From Trichoplax adhaerens (Eukaryota > Animalia > Placozoa): a stretch of 64,000 bases of DNA. Made by a program: the position numbers and the translations under genes. This document shows positions 1 to 12,569 of the stretch, one piece after another. The notes beneath the pieces are model-generated. The model had not been told where the DNA came from, made no database searches, and saw nothing but the letters and a program-made list of their open reading frames with translations. The stretch lies in assembly GCF_000150275.1 (NCBI RefSeq), contig NW_002060947.1:1023642-1087641 (forward strand). The letters are read 5' to 3'. Every line of letters begins with the position of its first letter. Position 1 is the first letter of the stretch.

Positions 1-1161
1 TTGTATTCTTTACAGGACAGTACAGTATTTAATAACAAACACTTTTTGGGTTTTAAGCCAGCAAGAGGAATGGATCGAGTATAGCCTATCAGTAATCGTA
101 GTTTAAGGGCTTGTGCTAAATATCGATACAGAGTACGATGATGACAGTTTATCAAGCTATGATTTCTGTTTTAGTTGTTTGTCGTAGGTAAGTGATGAAC
201 AAACTCCATAGTCTGCAGTTGAAAAAGTCGCTTTGAATGATACAGACAACTTTCATCTTTAATATCTGCTTAGCTGTTGTTGAAATGGAGATTTTTAGCC
301 ATACTATAGTACACACCAGGCCTACCCAAGAATAGTATGGCCCATACAGTAACAATATTAATAACATGAAACTATCACGACAAGAAGATCCTTTTTCATC
401 AACTCGGATCTCGCTGACCGTGTTGATCAGACTGCGCTATCCATCGATAGCAAGAGTTAAGTTATGCATTCTCTTTTCATCAACCGATTGGACATGCATA
501 AAATGACGAATGTCGAAATCGGCAATGGACTATACTAAATACATTGAGTAGTCTAAGTTAGATTTCTCATCGACGCAGAAAGATATGACAATCAATCATC
601 CGTATAGTAGTACGCCTCGTCCATTTTGAAATGGAAAACGACATCTTGTACTTGATGTGGGTAAAAAATTTAGCAAAGTCATGACCGATTTGGAGCCTAC
701 AGTACAGCTAGAGAGGAAGGATAGTCAAATTGAACGTTCTCGTTGCTATCCACATAACGATTATTTAAGAGATCCACCTTCAACTTGACTGTCGATGCAA
801 CAAGCGGTTTCCTGGCCATACTGGCCATTTGATACGAGTTGCCATGTTTGCTGTACAATAAGTTTTACCAATCATTTCAACTAGTAATACATTGGTGAAG
901 AGCAGAAAATCAACTTTTACGCTGCTATTACAATATTCCATTACAATGTAGGACGAGCTGTACCTTACAAATAGGGTAGGAAAAAAGAAATCGAATGGCT
1001 TGCAGATTGTTGTACGATATTAGTACAGCCATCTAGCCTTGCAAGCTGGTCAGGGAGATTACATCGTCACGCCAGTCGACAAGGCCCGAATTGATGTTAC
1101 TGATGAAACATGCACCTTTACCCCAACATTGGCAAAGCATTGACTGATTCATCATCCGCTC

Positions 1162-1520
1162 CTCTACTACAGTCTATCCATCACTAGTATGATCATGTTA
1201 TCCCCATAGCCTGTTGTTATTGAATCGATGAAAAATAGCAAGACCAATGCTTTGATTTTTTTATTAAGCAAATATTTCATGGTACGCCATAGTTTGGGTG
1301 TGCCTGGTGTAGGCATGATAGCATTGGATTGATAAACAGCTCTCTACTACAGTCTATCCATCACTAGTATGATCATGCTATCCCCATAGCCTGTTGTTAT
1401 TGAATCGATGAGAAATAGCAAGACCAACGCTTTCACTTTTTTTAAATTAATTAATATAAGCAAGTATTTGATAGTACGCCATCCTTCGGGCGTACTTGGT
1501 GTAGGCACGTTAACATTCAA
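1162..1520. repeat. Two-copy tandem duplication, period 180 bp
   Basis: CTCTACTACAGTCTATCCATCACTAGTATGATCATG... starts at 1162 and again at 1342. The first ~90 bp are nearly identical and the second half is diverged. Confidence 0.9.
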
Positions 1521-2988
1521 TTTCATTTTGTAAGCTTGTACGTTCAGAGCGCCCTTGGATATTGCAGTCGATCGCGTACTCGATGTTGCTGCTATTCCAC
1601 TATCCTACCTGATCATAACGTAGCCATTCCTTAATCTTTTGATCTAACATTTCATCTCCGGTATTGCAATCGATCGGTTGATCATTTGGGGAAGCCATGG
1701 CGTTGTTGTTGCTTTCTTTTCCTATATTCAATCGTCACTTATGGCTTGAAAAGCTGATGCAATGTACAGCTCCAAATAGACTAATTGGAGATACAAGGGA
1801 GAGGCCAAGAAAAAGAGTAAATTATATAGACTGCTCAGAGCCTACAGTACAGTAAATGCCAGTCCAAGATATTGTAATAATTAATTTCGAGATTGGGTGG
1901 CAGGCTGGCAGCTCTGCAGTAGTTTCCACTGGTGGAAATTATTATTATTATTATTAGCGAGTGGGAGTGGGCTGGTAGGGTACAGTAGTAATTGGTAACG
2001 CACTATCCAGGAGAATAACAAACTGCACTATTTGCGCTCATCGGCTAGCGTTTACTACGATCTTGACTTACCGTATGGGACTGTATGTTGTAGTGTTGCA
2101 TCAGCACGAAGTCAGGTGGCTTAATTAATCATAAGCATCCCATAAGGACCTGAGGGAGGTTTACCACTGCTAGTAGGATCCAATTCTTGCTAATTTGCCA
2201 TGGTTGTGGTAACAGCAAGGCAGTCTATTCCATCTCTAATCATATCCATTGCAAATTTAGTCTATTAGTCTAGGTTAGAAATGCTAGAAATTGAATCTGA
2301 TGAATAATTTTATACTGCTTTTGTCATCACAGCCATCAAATAAGTAAACTGTGTGGAACTGTTGCTATGGCTCGAAGTGGGACAATGATATGTTGTAGTA
2401 TTGCATCAGCATGCATTTCCAGTAGTAGAAAGTCAAGAATAAATCAATCAATACGCTATACCCATGCAACACTGGTCAGGAGTGGATCCCTGACTATATT
2501 TATAGATGGTAGAGAGAGATTTTATTAGTCCCTACTAGAGCTTCAATTAGAACCAGCAATCAAGACAACCTCGATTCAAGAAATGACCCATCTTGCTATG
2601 GTCATGGAAACTGCAATGCAGTCTACACAATCTTCAATCATAAAATATATACATTGCAAACCCAGTCCGTTCTCTAGATTACAACTATTGTTATGATTAA
2701 TTCCCAAAATGCTATTCAACGAATATCGAAAAATTGCACTTACACTGGTATCCTAATAAGTTAAGTTAGCAGGTTTCTACCTGCAGCTTTGTAACTTCAC
2801 TCCCTGACTACAATGCACTTTCTGACTGTTGTTTGACTAACATTTATAGAAATACGTTTACTGAAATATCCTCATGTGATTGGCACTACAAACTGTATCG
2901 TCTAGGATATACGTATAACGAAGCAGTATTGCCACGGAGAAAAAATTCACTAAAAATATTTCTCGAACTATTTATTTGTAGCTACGAC

Positions 2989-3015
2989 CATAGATCACTA
3001 GCCTAGTGATCTATG
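2989..3015. repeat. Perfect inverted repeat (13-bp arms, 1-nt spacer)
   Basis: CATAGATCACTAG-C-CTAGTGATCTATG. Confidence 0.9.
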
Positions 3016-3718
3016 CTATGACAAATCCCAAACATGGCCTATAACGGTATTTAACTGCTGTGATAGAAGAGTGATGATAAAAAAAGTTGATCTCTTGATT
3101 TAACATAGTTGCAATATACAGCCGTAAAGAGGAGAATAATACCATTGAGCAGCAAAGTGTCTTATAATTAGAAAAGCGAACAACAATATAGCTATAATAT
3201 ATAATACGATAGAGTAATTACCGTAATCAACGCGTCAGACTACAGCATTTCATAATTGGAGAAAGTCCCTTCTTGACGGGCTTATACCTATTTGCTATTA
3301 AATCCAACATGGCATATTTCATATACAGATAATTCGCTAGCTATTAAGCGCCACTGTTAACAGGTGCGAAATTCATAGAACGGTAATACACTTTCATTTT
3401 TGGCAAGTCATAATTAAAAGAAATTAAAATAGAGGCTTTGGAAACAGTGTTACAGCCTTATAAATACAGCATAACTAGACGTTAAGTTACTGAAATAAAT
3501 AGCTTTCTATTACGAAGCAAAGTTTCACGACAGGACTCTAGCAATACCTTTATGCATTTACAATGATCTCTAAATAAGAGTTTTTGATACATTTTCCGAT
3601 TTTTAAATGAAGCATCTGAATTCAAGGTCAAAAAGAAATAATGACTCGAGGTGTACGCACTTTGCACATGTACAAAATAAATATACGAATATAGTTAGTA
3701 CTAAACTATATGCAATAG

Positions 3719-6700
3719 CTACGTAATTTTTAAGATTAGATCGAAATGTCCCGTTTGATTGTCAAAATTAAGCTGTATTTCAAAGTCATCTTCATCTTGA
3801 AAATGCTCTACGATTTGATCGTCCATATTTACAAGAATCCTAACCAAGATAACAACTTTTTAGTACAGTACTGCATAATACCAATGAAATAAACGCTAAC
3901 AAAAAAAAGTAAGCCTATAGTACCCCTTTTTTGTACGCTTGTAAACACCCGTTATCATATCAGTTCGTACACCGTATTTTTTGGCAAGCTGAAATAAATC
4001 ATGGTAATAAGTTTCTTAATTACAGTATTATTGGCCTGGACTTAGCCCATCATTCAATAGTCAAAATTCACATACACAATCGACTAGTTCTGCTACAGTG
4101 CAGTTCTTCAGCATTAGCGCATGATATGCAGTTTCTTCTTCCTTCTTGACATAAATTGTAACAGCTATCAACAAAGATCAATAGTATGTTACTTTAATCG
4201 AAACCATGATACACATTCTGGCGTACAAAAAAATTACACAAACTACAAAACCTGGCGGAATCGGTCGCGCAACACGCGGTGTTTTTACTACAGGTGTTGC
4301 AACTTCTAGATCAGCTAATACATCCTATCGAAATCGATCGAAAAGTAATAAGTGAACACGTTAAAGGTGCCTTACAGTACTATTTCACTTGATATCACAG
4401 AATAATCTATTAAAGGGTAAGTTGGAAAATAACTTGATAATAAAGTGAATTGAATTAATTCTAACGGTACCTTCGTTACTGCTAATGCATATGTAAATGA
4501 TCGTTTATTCTCACGCTCCCTATGTAAGCAATAGTAAATCATGAAGACATTGATACTAGACAAAGACTAGTGATACAAAAGAAGATATTTTTGTACCTAA
4601 CTGTCGTAAAAAATGAGGATGAAGGATTACTTGATCCAGTAGGCGTATTATTAACGTTTTCTAGGCGCTGAAAGACAAGCTGTTTCTTTAATACCTATGT
4701 CTTAGTCATCATAAAATTTGTAAACACTGCGAGATAAAAGATCTATTGAACACCAACCAGTCGATTCGAAGTTTCGATATTCATGTATGGCATAAACAAT
4801 ACTGGTTTCGGACCTAAAGGTGTGGTTGGGGTTAGATATGTAGATGACGGCGTACTCTCCATAATCGCCGACGATGCATCCACACTCTGAGCTAAAAGAA
4901 TTAAATTGAAGAAAAGGAATTTCGTTTATTACATAAAATGAACCTGTCAGTAAATAAAACGCAAAGTATACAAATATCCGCTGTCTTTAAAAACAAATTA
5001 AATTCATGATATAGTAAGAGTAGTAACTTACTATGTGCTTTAAGCATTTTTTGGATACGCTTCCGTGCAGTCTTTGACTCGTCCTTATTCTTTCTTTCAG
5101 CACCCTAATAAGATTTACAGATACAATTTAAAGGCAGATTGAGAATCTAAAAGAGGCACTACATTACATTGGTTGTAAGCATTACTTTGTCTCTGAATAT
5201 TTTGACTTTGCAAAAGGCTCTGTGCACAGGTTCTACATCGCTAGAAGTTAGATCTTCGTAAGTATCGATTTGCAAATGCAGAGGAATACCCTAAAATAGT
5301 AATTTGTGTCAAACGTACGGCATTGTAATGGTGCTTTCACTTAAAATACATGATTACCTTCACGCCTTTTTGAGGAGAAAAGTCTGTGCTCAAACAATTA
5401 ATACGTGCAGCAATCTATATAACGAAATTGATATTAATATCGTTAGTCGAAAAAGATAAAATGATAACAATAGATTGTTATGATTACTTTAGCATTATCG
5501 GCAGGATTCCAATAGAAGGCAACCGCATTATAAGCTATTTCTTCAATACGTTCTTCTACATTTTGACATGATTTGCGATCTAAGAAATAAAAAAGTTACG
5601 TCATATTAACATTGAATTTGGAGAAAACAATATTTTTATAGTTTTTAATTTCAATATTTAGAAATGCTAACCTATATCAAAGGCACGTTGATTAGGATTG
5701 GGCTGCTGACTATACCAGTACTGCCAATGCGACATTTCATTATCAGGCTCTTTTTCTTCTCTGAAGACTAGATGTAGTATCGACTACATCGTGAAGAAAA
5801 TATTGGTATATTACACTTTTGTGACGATACTTGCATAACTGATTTACTAAAATACCTTCAGACGAGTAGTTGAGGGATTAGATTCAGGTGTAGCCTCAAA
5901 ATTAATATTGTAAAACTGGCCTGAAACGAGAAATGCATAAGCTAGAATATAACTACTAGAACAAGCTATTAACTTGGCAATTCTATAATACCGTATGTCA
6001 ATAATATGATTAAACAATAATTTACATAATGTATTTATAGAGTTGTAATTAGAGTATGATAAAGAATTTGTTACCTTTTCTATGCACGAATAACAATAAT
6101 ACTTACTCTGTTTTGTATCTACTCACTTATACATACCGCAACTGTCTGTACTACAATATAACAGGGACTATCCTATTATTACAGTAGTGAACATTTTGTC
6201 CAACGCTTCAATAAAATAAATGGAAACTGGGATCATGTCAAATAAGCAACGGTAATGTAATTACCTTTATTGATATATGTCAATGCGTCACCAGTCCATT
6301 TATGCACTATTGATGCTGGGGCTTCCAAAGAAAATTTATACCTGAAAAATGATTAACTCAATTAATGGACTTTAATCTAAATAAATTCTTATAGATGTTC
6401 ACGATAGTTGACAAGCGGAATATTACAGTCATTGAAGCATTACTGAGTAGTCCCATTCAATATCTCAGTCATAGCCTATTGCAACTTACCTCTCTTGAGC
6501 TTGGAAGACCGTTGAAGATTTCGATGGAGAGGTAAAAGGAGGTAAAACTATAGAAGACATCTAAAGAAAAGGTATTCCTCATTTTCATTATCATCAATGA
6601 AACTTACGTAGACACTGTCAGTAACAATTAATATATTGGAAAGGTTGCGGCTGGTTCAAAGAATTAAGAGAATAATTTTAAATCAATAACGTACATCAGG

Positions 6701-9123
6701 GTCAGAATGATTTGTGGCACTCATTAAGTCACTATGGTTTAGCTCCGGCTGTGAACTTCCATCATTAGCTAAATTTCGTAGCGATGATTCTAAATCGTTG
6801 GTACACAGCGCTGGTTGATGGCTACAAGTATAAATAGGGAAAGTATTACGAGAATTAGCGTTCTTTTACAACTGTGCAACAACAGTACGAGTATATACAG
6901 CAATGGCAATAACGATTGGTAATGAGCTTTAAATACCTTTGATTCGAATCCGGTGATTCGTCGCTTACGGATTTTACATTGCAATAATAATCCAAAAAAG
7001 TCAAATTACTATCTATATCTGTGTTACTGCTACTACCAGACAATAACACAGATGGAGATGTTGGTGGTAAAGGTACATTTTGAAGGTAAGAATGCCAACT
7101 TCTGTTCTCCTTGGTTACAATAGGAGCACTATTGGTATTGCTATTATTACTATCGCTATACTGAACTGGAGAGGCTTTTCGCCCTAGTTGATCAGGTATG
7201 CATGCATAGTCGGAGAGCTTTAAGTTGTCAGCTGTGCTCCTGTTGATCGCTTCACGGCCGGCAGAGTCTTTGCGCGCATTTGAAGATGATGCTGAATCTT
7301 TTCGTGGCCTAAATTGTATATAAAATCATGTTTTGTATAAGTCGTGACGTCTAGAACGTATGCTAATACTGGTGATTGAGCCACTATACAGGTTATGACG
7401 GACAATTAACGATTAATACACGTAAGTCATCAATTCTAAAATATATGGTAAAACTGCAATCGGAGTTCAGTCTGTGCACATACAGAGACAAAGAATTAAG
7501 TGGACTACATGATTGCGTGATTGATAACAGCTGATAGCAACGGAAGTAGCTCATCATTGCAACTGATTGACTATAGTTCATTTATTTGAACGGTTGGTTA
7601 CTAGTGAAGGCTATCAGCAGCAATGCTATGATTTAATTTGTCCATTTACGTAATTTACAGTCATTATGGGCATAAGCTATTGCATTCTATGTAGGAACTC
7701 TCCACGGACATACAATACAGACGTTGACGCAGTCAATATTGCATGTATTTTTTCTCGGCAATTGTATTCTATTCCAATAGTAAATTCGATATTATGTACT
7801 GTACTTTTCAGCACTGCACATCTCTCAACAATTTGGTAACTTTACCGATCGCAGTTACTGTCTACACAGGTGATCGATTGTACGTTAGAAGAAATCAGGA
7901 AGGGATAAATTAATAGTTATAATATTATGTATTAGTAGTACAATATCTTACTGGCTGAAATATCCATTTGCCCTGTTGAGTAAACTATCGTACAAGCGAG
8001 AAATATTATTTTTAGTTGTTTCTACTGCAACCAGTAACGGCTTACGGACTAAGAGTAATATGAAACTGTTATTATCCGGTATCAAGTGGGTCGACACATA
8101 TGGATATTAATGTAGCCTGTACAAGTATTTAAGAATCATCATTGTAATGTAGAGATGGACTGACATCAACATAGTAATGTGTACAACAGTATCTTCTTTT
8201 TAAATACTATCTATTTTTGGTTTAAGTAAAGTACTATAATTAACGATAGAGAAACGGGTCAAATAATGGTGTGCCCCATCTAGCACGTCGAATCAGGAAT
8301 TCAATTGAAAGTTACATCAACGTATGTATAAACTGTCTTGTACAATTGTAGTCCCTATCGCTATAACTATGACCGGATGAAGACCGTTGTCTACTTCTGT
8401 GCTAAGATATTTATCTGTATGTCCACCAATTTAGCTAAAGTGAATTTGAATGATGTACATAAGACTAATATACTGTACTACTGAATATGAATAATACATT
8501 GTAAACTAGACTACTGTATGACAACACCGTAAAGTAGTGTATGCTTGAGCTCGCCTATTACAGTAGACGATCATCTCTTCTACGAGTAATATTGCAGTCA
8601 TTTTGCAGTGTAAATCTACCTACAGATGAATGCATGTCTCCACAAAAACGCTGGATAAATAATAGTAATGTATGCAAGATTCACTTGCACCTATGCCGTT
8701 GTTGCAGCAGATTAATTCAATTGAAATGGATTGGCAGACCAAATAGAGTCGTAAAGTATAGCGCAGTACTGTATATCAGGTTGAAAAAGACACCAGGCGC
8801 TCATGCAATCCAACAATGTCAATCAACAAAAACAATACGAGCGCGCAAGAAACGCTCCAGTGACAGTACTTGTAAGGTTAACTAGCAGCCATTCTGGTTG
8901 CAAGTGACGAAATAGAATCCCTATCTGATATGATTGTAACATCATCTTTCTTGACTATTGTCATTTTTACTGAAGAATTGGACGTTTTTAGTGGATACGA
9001 ATAGAATATCAAGTATTGATATGTTGTTGATCATGTACAGTAGCTGCAAGTAGAATGGGTTCTATACTGTATAGCATGATGGCAACGGGTTCAAACTTAC
9101 TCTTTCTTAATTCGTGACGCCAT
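3719..9123 (-). CDS. grh: Grainyhead-subfamily (CP2/GRH) transcription factor, about 19 coding exons
   Basis: Spliced translation gives the GRH DNA-binding domain ([107 protein letters not shown]). It also gives the C-terminal dimerisation region (VTIYVKKEEETAYHALML...KRTKKGILVNMDDQIVEHF). Stop TAG at 3721-3719. STDFS.QKGVKG marks GRH rather than LSF. The first coding exon 9123-9101 (MASRIKK, donor gtaagt) and the linker exons near 4250-4520 are less certain. Confidence 0.93.
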
Positions 9124-9324
9124 AATCACCTTGAAAATGAACGACTTCAATCATCCAAGTATCATTCAGTAAACAACAACGACAACAGGGCCAATAACTG
9201 GATATTCTTTTCTACCTTATTAATCGATCGATGGTGGTCTTGCCTATCAAAGTAGAAGTCAACGATGCTAAAATGGCAAGAAATCTACAGACTGCCGACT
9301 GCAGCATCAGTAGCAAGTTCTCGT

Positions 9325-9855
9325 GTACACTGTACAAACTGTACAGTATGCTTGTAACTTGGATTCAAAATTTGTACTGTACACTGTACACTGTACACGG
9401 TACTGTACTGTACACTGTACAGTATGCTCATAGTGTGCAGTGTACAGTGTACAGTACAGTGGATTAAAATCTTGTACAGTACGCACTGTGTACGTAACCG
9501 TCGGTGGGCGCGGTTCAAGCAAACGACGGTAGAATATTATTGGTGGAATTTGTGTCTCATGATAGAGCTACAAGAAATAGATACAGTATGGCGATATGTT
9601 ATAACAACAGGAGTGCAGTATTGCAGCAAAATGATCAATCAAGTGGTAGTAATGTTCATAATCTATTCTACAGTACTCTACTATCATGTTGAACATGATA
9701 GATATGGGAAGAGACTCGATATAGCAGGTACAGGTTTGCATCCGCGGCGAAAAAGCGGCCAGATTGTTTCCAGTACTGTACTGTACACTGTACACTGTAC
9801 TGGTCGATTGGAAACCAATCCTACAATGCATTGTACGCTCATGTACCGTACTGGA
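9325..9855. promoter_or_regulatory. GTAC-rich (ACTGT/ACAGT/TGTACAC) island upstream of the grainyhead 5' exons
   Basis: Dense arrays at 9325-9495 and 9770-9855, the 19-bp palindrome at 9406-9424, and CCAAT at 9815. It lies just upstream of a candidate 5'UTR exon (donor ~9215) and the ATG exon at 9123. The promoter role is inferred from position. Confidence 0.55.
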
Positions 9856-11886
9856 CGTGCAGAAAGTTCGACTACCTTTTGTCAAAGTGCAAATTCATCT
9901 AATTAATGGACAATGTCTCTGTCAATTCTAAATTTCTATACTATACGCTAAGCGTGCATTCATCTTCATCCTCGATTCTTGCATAGAGGTGGACGCATGT
10001 TTTGCACAGATTTTGGGGGAAACGTTGCCTATTCAAAATTCCAACCGAATAACTGACAGTATAATATTGGTTCACTCATAACTCAGTCAACGTTAATCAA
10101 ATAAGAAATAAAAAATTAAGGCAAGAATCAATTTATTGGCAACTACTCGCTAGCTGATAACTAACAAAGAGAGGCAAGCATACATGAAAGACATACGGCA
10201 TGGCATGTTGGAAGATTGTCATTTTGAATTTTTTCAAATGATTCATTATTTTCAAAGTTAGAATGTAAACAATGTACAGCTACCAACGACAGTATGGAAT
10301 AACCAGGCCAGTAGCAGGGGTATACTGTAGTATATGGTATATTTAGTGATGAGATGATACGTACTTCTAATCCTTCTGCTATATTCTGACAGTTATCTGC
10401 TGGAACGTAATACGATCTATACTAATAGTATTGCATAATATAGTTTTATACTGTATGTAGCATATTAAGTCATGGCGCATTGTGAGTAGACTATAAAACG
10501 AGTTGTTGGCCAATGCCACCAGGAATTGTGATTATACAGGCAGCTGGAGCTATATTAGTGCTTTGGAGTAATAAAGGTCCTTATTTCCATGATTAAAAGG
10601 GTGCTTGTATTGCCTGTGAAGAATCCTTAACCTCCCTAGGATCCAGTGATCATAACATTAAGTAATAAATTCAAGCAACATATCATACTGTGCTGTACAT
10701 TGCCGTCAAGTACTGCTAGATGTGATTGAGTAGCGCGCTCATCACGTAACTATTGATCTTATGTCATGCTAATAATTAGTAATACTGTAGATAGGCTATG
10801 GTTAATCCCTGAAGTTGGACTTTGCTCATCTTTGCAATGCAGATCTTAAAGATGACAGTACCACTTGAAGCGGCACTATTCACCGCATAGGATGATGTAA
10901 ATAAAGGTAATAATTCTCGAATATTTGAACTTTATTTCGGGCATTGTGCAACTTCGAGTTAGTTCAGAACTGATTGAACTGTTTTACAAGTTGATATTGC
11001 CTACGGTAGCATCTGCAATCGATAAACGACCGTACAGTACAGTAGACTACTGAAATTGATAAAAGGTAGATCAACTTATCCGGTGAGCTGTCCCTAAGGT
11101 TTCCTATGTGCTGTAACTACAACAATTAAAGAATAGATTATCACGAGCTAGATTCTCCTAATTTTAGAAACTTGAATCAGGAGGATCGGAAAGGAGCATT
11201 TACAGTAGTGAAATGCGATGTAGAACGCTGCAAAGTGATATCTTGTCCTTTCGTGATAATCAGGCGTAAGCTAGTACAATAAGACAAAAGTAGAAATTTT
11301 AAATATCTCCAGCGACGTCCATAGGTAGAGTACTGTACAACTAACAACATTTACTGTAGAAAGTGCTAACAGTATCCCAAATACGAAGGGTCGTTTCCTA
11401 CAGTTGAAGAGGAACTTGTTATTGTCTTAAATACGCGAACATCAGATCATGAAGTCATTAAGGAAATGAGATTTTAAGCATTAGCAAGCTCTCATATCTA
11501 AAATCGTATAGAAGTTCTAAAATTGCCCGCAATAATATTTCTACAGACGACTATACGCGTACATGTTTTTATTTTCATGATCGAATTTTGGGTAGCGGCA
11601 TGAATTCTTCCTAAAACTGGATGAGCGATTTGTACATGTAATCACCTTTTGTGACGAGAATTATTTCATTATCCACAAAATGCAGATACTTTCAAGATCA
11701 AAATTACAAACAGCGTCAACACCATATTAAGCGCTATTTCGTACAGTATACAGATACACTTACAATTTTCAAATAATAGTTTTACTTGGAGTTCAAAATT
11801 TTTGCAAATTTTATAATATATAATTTAATAGAGTACATTAACGACATCAGAAAAGGCCTTTTCAAAATCAATGATGCTTCTACAGT

Positions 11887-12312
11887 TTATGAGTAGTCGT
11901 CGAGCACATCATTGCATTGTCTTTCAAACTTTCTGATGTAAGATTCAACCTCATGATCAAATCGCAACATCTGCCTTGCATTTTCTAATTTTATAACCTC
12001 TTCAAACGTCATATCATCTTCGTCTTTTGCTAATTGTATAAACGGACACTTGGAGGAATGCTTTTCATGCTCTTGAAAAGGATCGTCATTTTGTTCCCAG
12101 CCGTCGAGCTCCTTCATGCAAGCAAAGCAAGTCACACAATCTGGATAATCCGAAGTTGGCGTATGATAAAATCCTGCTTTAGCCATTTTTTCTGCTACAC
12201 ATTTGGATTTCCTTTTGAAGGGCCAATTTTGGAAAGTATGCAACCTTGCAACATAACTGTGCATAGTAAAATGGACTGGAAAATTTTCCTCTATTGCTTT
12301 GGTAGAAGTCAT
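11887..12312 (-). CDS. BIRC5: Survivin (single-BIR chromosomal passenger protein), 141 aa, intronless CDS
   Basis: RLHTFQNWPF...MAKAGFYHTPT...CVTCFACMKELDGWEQNDDPFQEHEKHSSKCPF is a CCHC BIR domain followed by a helical tail. The first ATG is at 12312; the ORF track starts at a TTG at 12318. Confidence 0.95.
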   Translation of the reverse strand: MTSTKAIEENFPVHFTMHSYVARLHTFQNWPFKRKSKCVAEKMAKAGFYHTPTSDYPDCVTCFACMKELDGWEQNDDPFQEHEKHSSKCPFIQLAKDEDDMTFEEVIKLENARQMLRFDHEVESYIRKFERQCNDVLDDYS

Positions 12313-12426
12313 AACCAACGCAGTAATGCTTGCCAGTGGTTCCTAGTATGAACAAATCAATCCGTAATAACCAACGCAGTAATTCTTGCCAGTGGTTCCT
12401 TGTATGAACAAATCAATCAGTAATAA
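12311..12426. repeat. 56-bp two-copy tandem duplication abutting the survivin start codon
   Basis: ATAACCAACGCAGTAAT(G/T)CTTGCCAGTGGTTCCT(A/T)GTATGAACAAATCAATC at 12311 and 12367. Confidence 0.92.
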
Positions 12427-12569
12427 ATAACGAAGACACTCGATAGAAATTTCAGCTTATCAAGTTGAAATGATGAAGAGATGATATTTACGTTTGCGTT
12501 ATTTACGTAATGGCAAGCGAGTAACTGCTGATGATTTCTTACGAAAGAGTTGTAACGGTTTTTGTTTTC

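Noticed and set aside
9231-9906. Overlapping ORFs rich in Y/C/T/V/S on both strands
   Set aside because: Translation artefacts of stop-poor GTAC repeats, with no domain similarity.
7400-11800. Grainyhead autoregulatory sites (AACCGGTT)
   Set aside because: Only partial matches, at a level expected by chance.
12034-12351. 105-aa + strand ORF (and similar antisense ORFs over FOLR, NEK1 and GPCR exons)
   Set aside because: Shadow frames of real genes.
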